From: a virus
Length of the DNA: 64,000 bases
Strand: one strand, 5' to 3'
Virus record (IMG/VR): IMGVR_UViG_3300025459_000003
Span: 1 to 64,000 of that record
The notes under the pieces: generated by a model
Told to the model about the DNA's origin: nothing
Database searches by the model: none
What the model saw: only the letters and a program-made list of their open reading frames with translations
Translations under genes and position numbers: made by a program
Part shown: piece by piece, positions 28,190 to 36,162 of the stretch
How positions within the stretch are numbered: the first letter of the stretch is position 1
Layout: each line of letters opens with the position of its first letter

Positions 28190-28480
28190 CTAGAAGCAAA
28201 GCTTCCCGAACTTCGTGGTGCGGCGCGCTTTCCGCTTCTTCTTCCCGTGGCACTCCCGCTTGGTGAGGGGGCGCATCCAGCCTTCCGGCAGCCATGACGT
28301 GCCGAACCCGAGGTCGTATTCGTAGGTGAGCTTCTCCGGCAATACCAGTTCCCTTACCCCACAAACCTTGTAGAAGTGCCCGCTGTCGACCCGCTTCGGG
28401 GGTAACGTCATGCTTGGGCCGGGCGCGTAGGTCAGTTCCGCCACGACCTGTTTGAGTCCGTACTTTGGCTTCCTCTTCAT
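28190..28480 (-). CDS. Hypothetical early protein
   Basis: GGAGGA RBS upstream of MKRKPKYG. Confidence 0.5.
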   Translation of the reverse strand: MKRKPKYGLKQVVAELTYAPGPSMTLPPKRVDSGHFYKVCGVRELVLPEKLTYEYDLGFGTSWLPEGWMRPLTKRECHGKKKRKARRTTKFGKLCF

Positions 28481-28845
28481 CGGCATTCCTCCATTTAAGG
28501 ATTTTTTCCACTTAGTATTCGTCTTCTTCCCTGGGGCACGGATCCTTGTGCTCCTTGCTTCCACAGTTCAGGCATGCGCCTTCCTTCTTTCGCTTTGCCG
28601 TGACCATGCTGTTTTGCGTTGGCTGACGCCTGATTTTCGGCAAAACCACCTCGTACAGGTCGTCGATGTCGTTAAGCTGATGGGAGACTACTACATCGCA
28701 AGGAGATGCGAGCGTCAGGCCAAACCACTCTCGGTGAAACTTACCCAGGCTCCACCCGAAAATCGTGTGGGCGAGGTAAGTCTTCTTGAAGTTGATGATG
28801 GGGTTCTCCGACGTTCCGTCCAGCCTAATGCGCTTTGATTCAATC

Positions 28846-29253
28846 CTATCCTGCACTAGCTTCTTCTGGAGTCGCATTTGCTCTCTCCTTTTTCTCATCC
28901 CCAGCATCATGTATTGCTCCGAGCCATCCGGTGGTCTGCCCAGCAATCCGAAAGGCTTCTTTTTCTTTCATTTCCTTGATCTCCTGGCGGGTGGCCCGAC
29001 GCTGGCTTCCGAGCGTCGTCCGTACCATCACAGGCTTGTCCTTGCGCCAGTGCTTCACGTTGTTGGCGTAGAACCTCTCCGGCCGGTTGTTGTTCCACGA
29101 GGCAACGACGTAGTCGCTCGCCGGGGGCTCCGCGAGGTGCACCTTGATGATCCTCACCGAGAATACGTCGGTGGACTTCATCATGGTGTGGCCCATCCTG
29201 CGGCGCATCGTCATCCATACCACTTGTTCCGGCTTGAGGTCCTTGATCTTCAT
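28846..29253 (-). CDS. Hypothetical early protein
   Basis: MKIKDLKPEQ..., purine-rich RBS. Confidence 0.55.
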   Translation of the reverse strand: MKIKDLKPEQVVWMTMRRRMGHTMMKSTDVFSVRIIKVHLAEPPASDYVVASWNNNRPERFYANNVKHWRKDKPVMVRTTLGSQRRATRQEIKEMKEKEAFRIAGQTTGWLGAIHDAGDEKKERANATPEEASAG

Positions 29254-29281
29254 CGTCCCTTTCCTTTGCCTGCGGCGCACG

Positions 29282-29515
29282 TCAGGACGTGCGCTCGCGA
29301 TGGGTGATTATGACCGTCACGGGGCCCGCCTTGCACTTCCCGTTCTTGTTCCTCGCCGCCCTGGCAGCCATGTAGTTCAGGTCGTCCCGGCTGACCAGGA
29401 CGTCGAACACCAGGAGTTCCTTCCCATCGGGGACCGTCTCGTAGCTGTCGCCCTCGGCTCGCTTCCTGAATTCCCTTACCGCCCGCAATCCCGCGTATAC
29501 CCTCGTCTGTTTCAT
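29282..29515 (-). CDS. Hypothetical early protein
   Basis: Directly downstream of the early promoter at 29570-29536. Confidence 0.6.
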   Translation of the reverse strand: MKQTRVYAGLRAVREFRKRAEGDSYETVPDGKELLVFDVLVSRDDLNYMAARAARNKNGKCKAGPVTVIITHRERTS

Positions 29516-29535
29516 GTCCTTTTCCTTCCATCATC

Positions 29536-29570
29536 ATTATACATCGGGATACATCAAATTTCTAGGGATT
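29536..29570 (-). promoter_or_regulatory. Phage early promoter AATCCC-N23-TATAAT
   Basis: AATCCC tagaaatttgatgtatcccgatg TATAAT; one of six copies with identical spacing. Confidence 0.75.
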
Positions 29571-29789
29571 CCTCAGCCCTTCTGGCAGCACCACGGCCCA
29601 TTTCCACACGTACCACAGGAGGCTCCATATCTCGTCCATCAGGGCCTTGGCCTCCTTGTCATAGGTCAGGCACAGCGTGACGGCGCTGTCGATGAGCGCA
29701 AGCGACATTATGAGCGCCATCGCCACCCGCAGCGGCATGCCCATGAGCCACCACGTTTCCTGGACGAGCTTGTCGAGGAAGTCCCGCAT
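29562..29789 (-). CDS. Small membrane protein
   Basis: Hydrophobic helix LRVAMALIMSLALIDSAVTLCL. Confidence 0.5.
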   Translation of the reverse strand: MRDFLDKLVQETWWLMGMPLRVAMALIMSLALIDSAVTLCLTYDKEAKALMDEIWSLLWYVWKWAVVLPEGLRNP

Positions 29790-29798
29790 CTTCCGTCC

Positions 29799-30020
29799 CT
29801 ATCCGGCGCTGGCTCTCCCCAGGTTTCTGGCGAGCTGGTCGGTCCTGGCCCTGCTGGTCTCCAGTTGCTCCCTCATCCCCGCATGCTTTTTCCCGAGCTC
29901 GTCCGTCCATCCCGGGTAGGCGTCGAAGTCCTCCTTGGTCAAGCATTCCCTGCATGCCATGCCGTGCGTCGTCACGTACTTGTCAACCCCCTGGTGGGGG
30001 CATTCCCCTTCCGTTACCAT
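29799..30020 (-). CDS. Hypothetical early protein
   Basis: GGGAGG RBS; 73 aa. Confidence 0.55.
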   Translation of the reverse strand: MVTEGECPHQGVDKYVTTHGMACRECLTKEDFDAYPGWTDELGKKHAGMREQLETSRARTDQLARNLGRASAG

Positions 30021-30033
30021 GTCGTCCTCCCGT

Positions 30034-30435
30034 TCAGATTTCCTCTACGACCGTCCTCGTCGTGGATTCCTCCACCCTCACTATGCGCATGCGGCGGGAA
30101 AGCTTCCTGCATCTGGCAATCTCTTTCCTGTTGAGCCGCTTCAGCTCCTGGGGGGATCCCTTCAGGTCGATCCCCCACCACATTCCTTCGTCGTCCATCA
30201 TCTCCAGGGAGAAATGCGTCTTCGTGAGTGCAGGTACGTTCCTGGAGGCCTGCTCCAGGTCGTGCCTGGCCTTGGCGGCGCATAGGAACTTGGCGTTCGC
30301 CTCCCTGTCCGGCCCCGTGCATACGGCGACGAGGGGCATGTCCTTCGGCCCGGCCTTGGCGATGACGACGACCTGGGCCTCGTCGAACCTTTTCCATTCC
30401 CACTTCCCGGACGTGGGCATATCTTTTGCTGCCAT
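30034..30435 (-). CDS. Hypothetical early protein
   Basis: GGGAGG RBS before MAAKDMPTSGKWEW. Confidence 0.55.
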   Translation of the reverse strand: MAAKDMPTSGKWEWKRFDEAQVVVIAKAGPKDMPLVAVCTGPDREANAKFLCAAKARHDLEQASRNVPALTKTHFSLEMMDDEGMWWGIDLKGSPQELKRLNRKEIARCRKLSRRMRIVRVEESTTRTVVEEI

Positions 30436-30455
30436 CGTGGTCCTCCCGGAACTCG

Positions 30456-30821
30456 CTATTCCTTCACTTCCAGCATCCCCCTGCTGATTTGCAGGGCAAT
30501 CACCCATACCAGCCTGTCCGTGAGGCCGTCGCTGCCCGTGGTCAGGGTGAACCCGCGCTGCGCGTTCCCCATGCTGTTGCACCCGGGCTTGGCGACGATC
30601 TTGTAGAAAGCCGCGGGGTAGCGGCACTCGACGATTTCGACCGCGTGACCGTCCGCACCTCCCTTGGGGATTCTCGCCACGACGTAGTCCTTCGCGTGCT
30701 CGAACTCCTTCGGGGGCTTGTAGTGCTTGTCCTTCAGGTCCTGCCCCGCCTTATACGGGGCGCTTTGCCCGAATACTAAGGTGACGTCGATTTCGCTCAT
30801 GGCTTTTTCTCCGTTCGTCAT
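30456..30821 (-). CDS. Hypothetical early protein
   Basis: ATGA overlap with the upstream gene. Confidence 0.55.
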   Translation of the reverse strand: MTNGEKAMSEIDVTLVFGQSAPYKAGQDLKDKHYKPPKEFEHAKDYVVARIPKGGADGHAVEIVECRYPAAFYKIVAKPGCNSMGNAQRGFTLTTGSDGLTDRLVWVIALQISRGMLEVKE

Positions 30822-31321
30822 ATGAATAGCGGCTTTTCTTCCTCGGTGAACTCCAGGCCCGCCTTCTCGGCAATCTCCCGGATCAGGCACAGCTCCACGC
30901 CGCAGTCGGGCACGTCGTTCTCCCTGTGGTGGCGTACGAGGTTGAGCAGGCTCTGCTTGGCGGACTGCCAGCGCTGGGCTGCCCGCCTTTTCTCGTCCTT
31001 CTTTTTCTCCTCTTCCCTGCGTTCCTTTTTCTCCCATGCCACGAACGCCTCATGGGCCTCGGCGACGATCCCTTGCGCCGCCGCCAGCCGCGTCGGGTAC
31101 GCCTCCTCGCGCCACGGGACGGGCTTTCCTTCCTCGACCGCCGACATCCACAGCGCCTTCCATCCGTCCGGGAACTTCTTGAGGTATATTCCGAACACGG
31201 AATGCCCGTCGGGCATGTCGGTGTCCGTCCTGACCAGGGCCTCCCAGTCCACCAGTTGCCTCATGCCGAACTGGGGCTTTTCCACCACGCCGAGCTGGAC
31301 TACCTTTGGGTAGGTTCCCAT
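30818..31321 (-). CDS. Hypothetical early protein
   Basis: 167 aa, GAGGTG RBS. Confidence 0.6.
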   Translation of the reverse strand: MGTYPKVVQLGVVEKPQFGMRQLVDWEALVRTDTDMPDGHSVFGIYLKKFPDGWKALWMSAVEEGKPVPWREEAYPTRLAAAQGIVAEAHEAFVAWEKKERREEEKKKDEKRRAAQRWQSAKQSLLNLVRHHRENDVPDCGVELCLIREIAEKAGLEFTEEEKPLFI

Positions 31322-31322
31322 G

Positions 31323-31784
31323 CTATTTCACCTCGTTTAGGATGGCTGCCTGCGGGTATTTGGCCCGCACCCTTGCGATGGCTTCGGGCGTCGGGGCAAT
31401 TCTTATCATGCGGTAGTCGGGCTCCACGTCCTTGGGGAGCCGGAAGCATACGTACTTCTTGAGGTCGCGGTTGATCCTCTTTTGGAACGGGGTCCGATCC
31501 ACCAGCTTGCCGAGGACGGTCTCAAGGTTCTGCTTCATCCCGTCCGGCCACAGCTCGGCCCCCGTGGGGTCGGCCTTCGGGTCGAAGACCTCGACCGGCA
31601 GGGTCCCGATGTAGGCCTCCACCGCCGTCCTGTCGGCAGGATTCTTCCAGTAGACGAATGGCGACCCGCCGCAGCCCTCGTCGAGCACGTGCCCCATGTG
31701 CCTGCCATCGGCGTACAGCTCGGCGTTGTAGCCCTGCCCCTCCATCCCTCGGTGCGTGACCAGCTTCTTCAATTCCAGGTTCAT
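31323..31784 (-). CDS. Hypothetical early protein
   Basis: GGGAGG RBS within the repeated promoter cassette. Confidence 0.65.
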   Translation of the reverse strand: MNLELKKLVTHRGMEGQGYNAELYADGRHMGHVLDEGCGGSPFVYWKNPADRTAVEAYIGTLPVEVFDPKADPTGAELWPDGMKQNLETVLGKLVDRTPFQKRINRDLKKYVCFRLPKDVEPDYRMIRIAPTPEAIARVRAKYPQAAILNEVK

Positions 31785-31787
31785 TGT

Positions 31788-31838
31788 GTTTCCTCCCGCC
31801 TATAGTATACACCGGGCTACACGAAATTCTTAGGGATT
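31788..31838 (-). promoter_or_regulatory. Early promoter + RBS cassette (copy A)
   Basis: AATCCC-N23-TATACT then GGCGGGAGGAAAC; 31788-31828 is identical (41 bp) to 34658-34698. Confidence 0.8.
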
Positions 31839-32112
31839 ATTCGTGGACCCGCTGCCGAGCCGCCCTCCGGTACGTCTCGTCGCTGACGTAGGGAAGCTCG
31901 CCGAACCCGCCGAGCGAGTAGCCGATGAGCTGGGCGAACTGCTCCCTGTCCTCGTTGCTGAACGGCATGAGGGCCAGCTCGTTCATCTTGTTCCTGCTGG
32001 TGTCGTACAGGAACTGCACGATCTTGTTCGCCTTGAACCGGACCGTACCCTTCGGCATGGTGACCAGCGGCTGTACTGGATGCTTGGGTTCCTTCTTCTT
32101 GTTTTTCTTCAT
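31837..32112 (-). CDS. Hypothetical phage protein
   Basis: VRFKANKIVQFL...QFAQLIGYSLGGFGELPYVSD; AAGGAG RBS. Confidence 0.65.
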   Translation of the reverse strand: MKKNKKKEPKHPVQPLVTMPKGTVRFKANKIVQFLYDTSRNKMNELALMPFSNEDREQFAQLIGYSLGGFGELPYVSDETYRRAARQRVHE

Positions 32113-32113
32113 C

Positions 32114-32509
32114 TTATGGCTCCTTCTTGCGCTCGGGGATGGGGAAGCGCTCGTTGACTTCCTTCTCCACGTAGTCCCGCATGCGGTTCTTCGCGAACTC
32201 CCTGGGGCCGTACTTCTGGCAGGCCCATTCCATGGCCTGCCGGATCGCCTCCCGCTTGGCCAGGTGGAAGGGCCCCTCCTGGAGGTAGCGGTGGACGGGG
32301 AACGCCTTGCGCCCGTAGTCCAGGAAGTGGGCCTTGGGGTCGGTCACGACCTCCCTGCCGTCCTTGATGCGCGCCACCAGCACGCAGGCGGAGGTGCCGC
32401 CCCTGCCGTAGTCGCCCGCCTTGTAGAGGATGGCTATCCGGTCGCCCCCGGCCGCCTTGCATTGGTCGAAGGTGTTTATGAGCCTCGGTTTGGTCCGTTC
32501 CTCGTCCAT
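32114..32509 (-). CDS. Hypothetical early protein
   Basis: 131 aa ORF in a tight operon. Confidence 0.6.
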   Translation of the reverse strand: MDEERTKPRLINTFDQCKAAGGDRIAILYKAGDYGRGGTSACVLVARIKDGREVVTDPKAHFLDYGRKAFPVHRYLQEGPFHLAKREAIRQAMEWACQKYGPREFAKNRMRDYVEKEVNERFPIPERKKEP

Positions 32510-32541
32510 TCGTCCATCCTATCGAAATCCCGCGGCGGGGC

Positions 32542-32817
32542 CTATTCTTCCCCCTCGACGAACCGTCGAAGGGCGTTCATGAGCCATCTGGCCTGTCCCA
32601 CGTCGAGGTGGGCCCCGGCCAGAATTTCCTGGTTCGGCTTGAGGGGGACCGGCTGGTCGTTTTCCATGAGGCAGCCGTCGACGTACACCCTCATGGCCCT
32701 CGGCCCCATGGCGCTGGATCGCACCACCTTCAGCGGCCTCCCGTCCAAATCGTTGATCCTGCCGTAGATGGCGAATCCGCGGGCGGTCCTTTTCAGCCTT
32801 TTCTTCTTTTCCGCCAT
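32542..32817 (-). CDS. Hypothetical early protein
   Basis: 91 aa, TGATG coupling with the upstream gene. Confidence 0.6.
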   Translation of the reverse strand: MAEKKKRLKRTARGFAIYGRINDLDGRPLKVVRSSAMGPRAMRVYVDGCLMENDQPVPLKPNQEILAGAHLDVGQARWLMNALRRFVEGEE

Positions 32818-33242
32818 CAGAGGGCCTCCGCATAAATCTGTTGAAGCCGTTTTAGCATAGCGGGGTCGGCAAATTCCTTGATCAGTGAGACGCCATTTTT
32901 TACGGTGTCTCGATGCGTCTGTATGGCGGGAGCGTGTGCAAGGACTAGCTTCTCTCGTGGGATTTCGGCCACGAGTTCCGGATGTCCGAATATGTCAGTC
33001 CTAACAAAGGTGAGTATGTCCCATTCTGCCGAGGCTCCGGTATGCCTGTTCGGCGAGGATGTTCCGCCTTTGACCTCCCTCTTTCTTCCATCCTCCGTCA
33101 GAACATCATACTTGCTTCCGGGAGGCATGAGTTTTCCGTTGCCGTCTATGGCAACCAGGAATTCCGCTACCTTGCCCCTGGCTTGAGGAACGTCCTCACA
33201 GGCCGGGATGACTTTTTTGAGTCTTTCTCGATAGTCCCTCAC
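32817..33242 (-). CDS. Possible PD-(D/E)xK nuclease-fold protein
   Basis: GKVAE...YDVL...REVKG pattern; lower GC; GGAGG RBS before GTG. Confidence 0.4.
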   Translation of the reverse strand: MRDYRERLKKVIPACEDVPQARGKVAEFLVAIDGNGKLMPPGSKYDVLTEDGRKREVKGGTSSPNRHTGASAEWDILTFVRTDIFGHPELVAEIPREKLVLAHAPAIQTHRDTVKNGVSLIKEFADPAMLKRLQQIYAEAL

Positions 33243-33622
33243 AATGCCTCCGCATCGACGAACGTGGGCTGCGACGGGGCGTCCGTGCCCCCGCTCCACC
33301 CCAGTTTCTGTGCCGCCGCCACGACTCTGGGCCACGACTTGGCGGACTTGGTGCGGGTGGCGGGGTCCCATCCGTGCATCTTCGCCAGGGGGAGTGCCCT
33401 GTGGTCGGTGAAGACCACATCGCCGTTCGTGGCGTCGTACCCGACCCATCCGGTCAGGAACCAGAAGCACTGGTGCTGGCAGAGCCCGCTTCCCCGGACG
33501 AACTCCCTGGCGCACCCGCATAGGGCGCAATGGGGACGCCCGATGGAGCGCCTCCCGACCTGCCCCACCGTGTACCTCTGGGACTGGCTCGTCACTGCTC
33601 CGGTGCTGAACGTGGTTTCCAT
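33239..33622 (-). CDS. Hypothetical early protein (Cys-containing)
   Basis: Downstream of the promoter at 33676-33642. Confidence 0.55.
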   Translation of the reverse strand: METTFSTGAVTSQSQRYTVGQVGRRSIGRPHCALCGCAREFVRGSGLCQHQCFWFLTGWVGYDATNGDVVFTDHRALPLAKMHGWDPATRTKSAKSWPRVVAAAQKLGWSGGTDAPSQPTFVDAEAL

Positions 33623-33641
33623 GAATTCCGTCCCCGTATGC

Positions 33642-33676
33642 ATTATACACGAGGATACACGAAATTTCTAGGGATT
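33642..33676 (-). promoter_or_regulatory. Phage early promoter AATCCC-N23-TATAAT
   Basis: AATCCC tagaaatttcgtgtatcctcgtg TATAAT. Confidence 0.75.
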
Positions 33677-34129
33677 CTTCGGGGCATCCCCGCTGGGGAC
33701 GCCGACGCGGATGAAATGCCTCAATCCCAGGTATCGCGGCTCCTCTGTTGCCTCCACCGTATAGCCAGCGGCGGCCAGGGCGGCCACGATTTCGGCGAAC
33801 CGCCTCTGCCATTCCGCATCGTGGTCGCTCCTGAACCAGTCGCCGAACACCCACTCGACGGAGATTCCCTTGACCGCCGAGGTGTCGTTGACCTGGGCGA
33901 GGTAGCCGGGCCTGCCGTAGCGGCGGTCGCTGCGCGACTGCCTCCATATGTTTCTCTTCCCGTATTCCACGACGATCTTGAAGCCCTCGTGGCTGTGGCC
34001 CCACCCGCGGACCCGCCCGGAGGCGTAGTACTTGGTCTGCGGCAGCCCGGCCTTCACCAGGACATTCCTTACCGACAGCGGATGGAGCTTAGGCCCCGGC
34101 CTTCTTGGACTTGTATTCCCTGGAAGCAT
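33668..34129 (-). CDS. Hypothetical early protein
   Basis: 153 aa ORF with GAGGG RBS. Confidence 0.5.
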   Translation of the reverse strand: MLPGNTSPRRPGPKLHPLSVRNVLVKAGLPQTKYYASGRVRGWGHSHEGFKIVVEYGKRNIWRQSRSDRRYGRPGYLAQVNDTSAVKGISVEWVFGDWFRSDHDAEWQRRFAEIVAALAAAGYTVEATEEPRYLGLRHFIRVGVPSGDAPKNP

Positions 34130-34652
34130 GTTCCCTCTTTTCGTACAGGTTGCTTGCGTTGACTTCGTGTTTTTCTCCGGGCTTGTAGGCAGCCCGGTCG
34201 CCCACAGGCTCCACCACCACCACGGTCACGTATTCGTCCGACTTGCTCTCCGCGTCCACCCACGCCCCCTCCGTTTCGCCGAGGGTGCTCAGGAAGTAGC
34301 GTCCCCCCACCTTGACCTTGTCGAGCGGCCCGCGGAACAGTTCGTCCAGGGCCTTCCGGCGCTTGACTTGTTTCTTCACGTCCGCCAGGGTCAGGCGGTT
34401 GACGTACTGGAACTGCCATGCGTCGCCGAGCGGCATGTGGATGAAGGCCAGGGGCTTGGTCGTGAACACCATGTAGGACGCCGCCCCGTCCGCCACGGGG
34501 AACGACACGACCTCGCCCCTGAGGTCTCCCGTGCCGTTGGCAAGGCAGTAGTCCCTCAGCTTCTGGATGAACTCTTTGTCGGCCTTCTGCCAGTTCTCGG
34601 GGTCGAAGTCCGGGACCCTGATTTCCTTGGGTGGTGCGTATACCTTTGCCAT
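34089..34652 (-). CDS. Hypothetical early protein
   Basis: MAKVYAPPKE... directly after cassette copy B. Confidence 0.65.
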   Translation of the reverse strand: MAKVYAPPKEIRVPDFDPENWQKADKEFIQKLRDYCLANGTGDLRGEVVSFPVADGAASYMVFTTKPLAFIHMPLGDAWQFQYVNRLTLADVKKQVKRRKALDELFRGPLDKVKVGGRYFLSTLGETEGAWVDAESKSDEYVTVVVVEPVGDRAAYKPGEKHEVNASNLYEKREHASREYKSKKAGA

Positions 34653-34657
34653 TTTGC

Positions 34658-34708
34658 GTTTCCTCCCGCCTATAGTATACACCGGGCTACACGAAATTTC
34701 CGGGGATT
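34658..34708 (-). promoter_or_regulatory. Early promoter + RBS cassette (copy B)
   Basis: AATCCC-N23-TATACT; 41-bp identity with copy A. Confidence 0.8.
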
Positions 34709-34710
34709 CT

Positions 34711-34974
34711 TCAGGGTTCCTTGGGGACGGCATCGCCGTGGGAGCTCAGCGAGATGCCGCAGCTCGGACACACGCTCCCTATGGAATGGCATCCCACGTC
34801 CCCCGTCGTCCCGAGGATGGGGTGCATCAGCCCCGGCACGGAGCAGGAGGGGCCATCGGCCTTGAGCGCCCTCAGGCGCTCCTTCCTGGCCTTGGCCTTC
34901 TCCGCAATCTCCTCCATGATCCCGTCTGCGACCTTCTTCACCAAGTTCTCCACGTTGTCCTCCTGCTTAGGCAT
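34711..34974 (-). CDS. Hypothetical protein with a C-terminal Zn ribbon
   Basis: 87 aa, CPSCG. Confidence 0.45.
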   Translation of the reverse strand: MPKQEDNVENLVKKVADGIMEEIAEKAKARKERLRALKADGPSCSVPGLMHPILGTTGDVGCHSIGSVCPSCGISLSSHGDAVPKEP

Positions 34975-35173
34975 TCATCGCCGAATGATTAGGATATGAT
35001 CTAAAAAAGCCTCGTGCTTTTGCAACTTGCTGAAAACAGGCCCTAGAACTTTGGCACTTGGATTGCATGCATGTCTTCGGAGGCCCCATGACAGCCATCC
35101 TCGTCGTCCTCACGTTCGCCGCCTTCCTGCTCGTGGACTACGCCAGGACCCGCCGTGCCAACCCGGGCGGTCG

Positions 35174-35779
35174 CTAGCCCGACCGCCCGTCCCTGGCGTC
35201 CTTCGGGTCCTCGACCGGCCGGAGTTCCCTTGGCTTCCAGTCGGCGATGCGCCGTTGCTGCCAGACGATGTAGCGCTCCAGCTCCCTCATCGCGGGCCTG
35301 AGATTGTTTTCGACGTAGTCGGCGTTCATCCTCGTGGCGACCTCCAGCAGGTCCCTCTCGGTGCCGTAGTACGGCAGCCGCTCTTCCTTGCCATCGTGCC
35401 CGACGTACTTCAGGAACGTCGCGTCGCCGTGGGGCAGGCGGACGACCTCCTGCAGGAGCCTTACCCTGCGCCAGGAATACCCTCCCCGGACGCGCGTCTG
35501 CCGGGGTATGTACTCGTGGTACCAGCCCACGGGCTCCGTGGCCGGGCGGAGCAGGGCGTCGATGTCCGCCTCTATGCCCGCCTTGCCCTTCCGGGCGGAC
35601 TCCACGAATCCCTTGATGAGGTCGCAGGACTGCTCGTATGGGAGGGTCGCGGCCCCGACGCAGACGCCCTGGAAGAAGCCCCACTCCACGCTGTACCCGT
35701 GCTTGGAGAGGAGGCCCCCCGGCAGCTTCTGCACCCTGCCGCAGCACTGGCACGACCCGACATGCGTCGCCCTTTCCAT
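35174..35779 (-). CDS. Hypothetical early protein (Zn-binding N-terminus)
   Basis: GSCQCCGR...KHGY...GVC. Confidence 0.65.
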   Translation of the reverse strand: MERATHVGSCQCCGRVQKLPGGLLSKHGYSVEWGFFQGVCVGAATLPYEQSCDLIKGFVESARKGKAGIEADIDALLRPATEPVGWYHEYIPRQTRVRGGYSWRRVRLLQEVVRLPHGDATFLKYVGHDGKEERLPYYGTERDLLEVATRMNADYVENNLRPAMRELERYIVWQQRRIADWKPRELRPVEDPKDARDGRSG

Positions 35780-36082
35780 CTACCACCACCTACTTCGGTG
35801 TAACTGCCTTCCGCGGATGCCGTCGATGTTCCCGACCAGCTTCTTGCGGTTCGGGACCCCGTATTTCGACTTGATCCGGTAGACGTTCCCGTCCGTCTGG
35901 TCCACCACGAAGGCCCCCGAGTCCCCGTCGTCGAGGCAGACGTACCTCGCCTTCCTGACGAACCGCTTCCGGTAGGAAGGGGAGTCGTAGTCCAGGCCGG
36001 GATAGGATGCCTCGAACTGCCCCCGTCCCTCCTCGTGCCACTGGCCAATGAGCTCTTGCAGCTTTTCGTCGCTGATCTCCAT
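35780..36082 (-). CDS. Hypothetical early protein
   Basis: AGGAGG RBS after the promoter at 36133-36099. Confidence 0.65.
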   Translation of the reverse strand: MEISDEKLQELIGQWHEEGRGQFEASYPGLDYDSPSYRKRFVRKARYVCLDDGDSGAFVVDQTDGNVYRIKSKYGVPNRKKLVGNIDGIRGRQLHRSRWW

Positions 36083-36098
36083 GCGCCCTCCTGCCTGC

Positions 36099-36133
36099 AT
36101 TATACCTCCGATGGCCCCGTTTTTCCAGGGATT
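36099..36133 (-). promoter_or_regulatory. Phage early promoter AATCCC-N23-TATAAT
   Basis: AATCCC tggaaaaacggggccatcggagg TATAAT; back-to-back with the terminase late promoter. Confidence 0.7.
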
Positions 36134-36162
36134 CCGCTATCCCTTTCATTATCAGGAGAACC

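Noticed and set aside
27288-36133. Repeats as a CRISPR array or integron attC sites
   Set aside because: Spaced by kilobases of genes, non-palindromic, and contain a -10 box and RBS; better explained as promoters.
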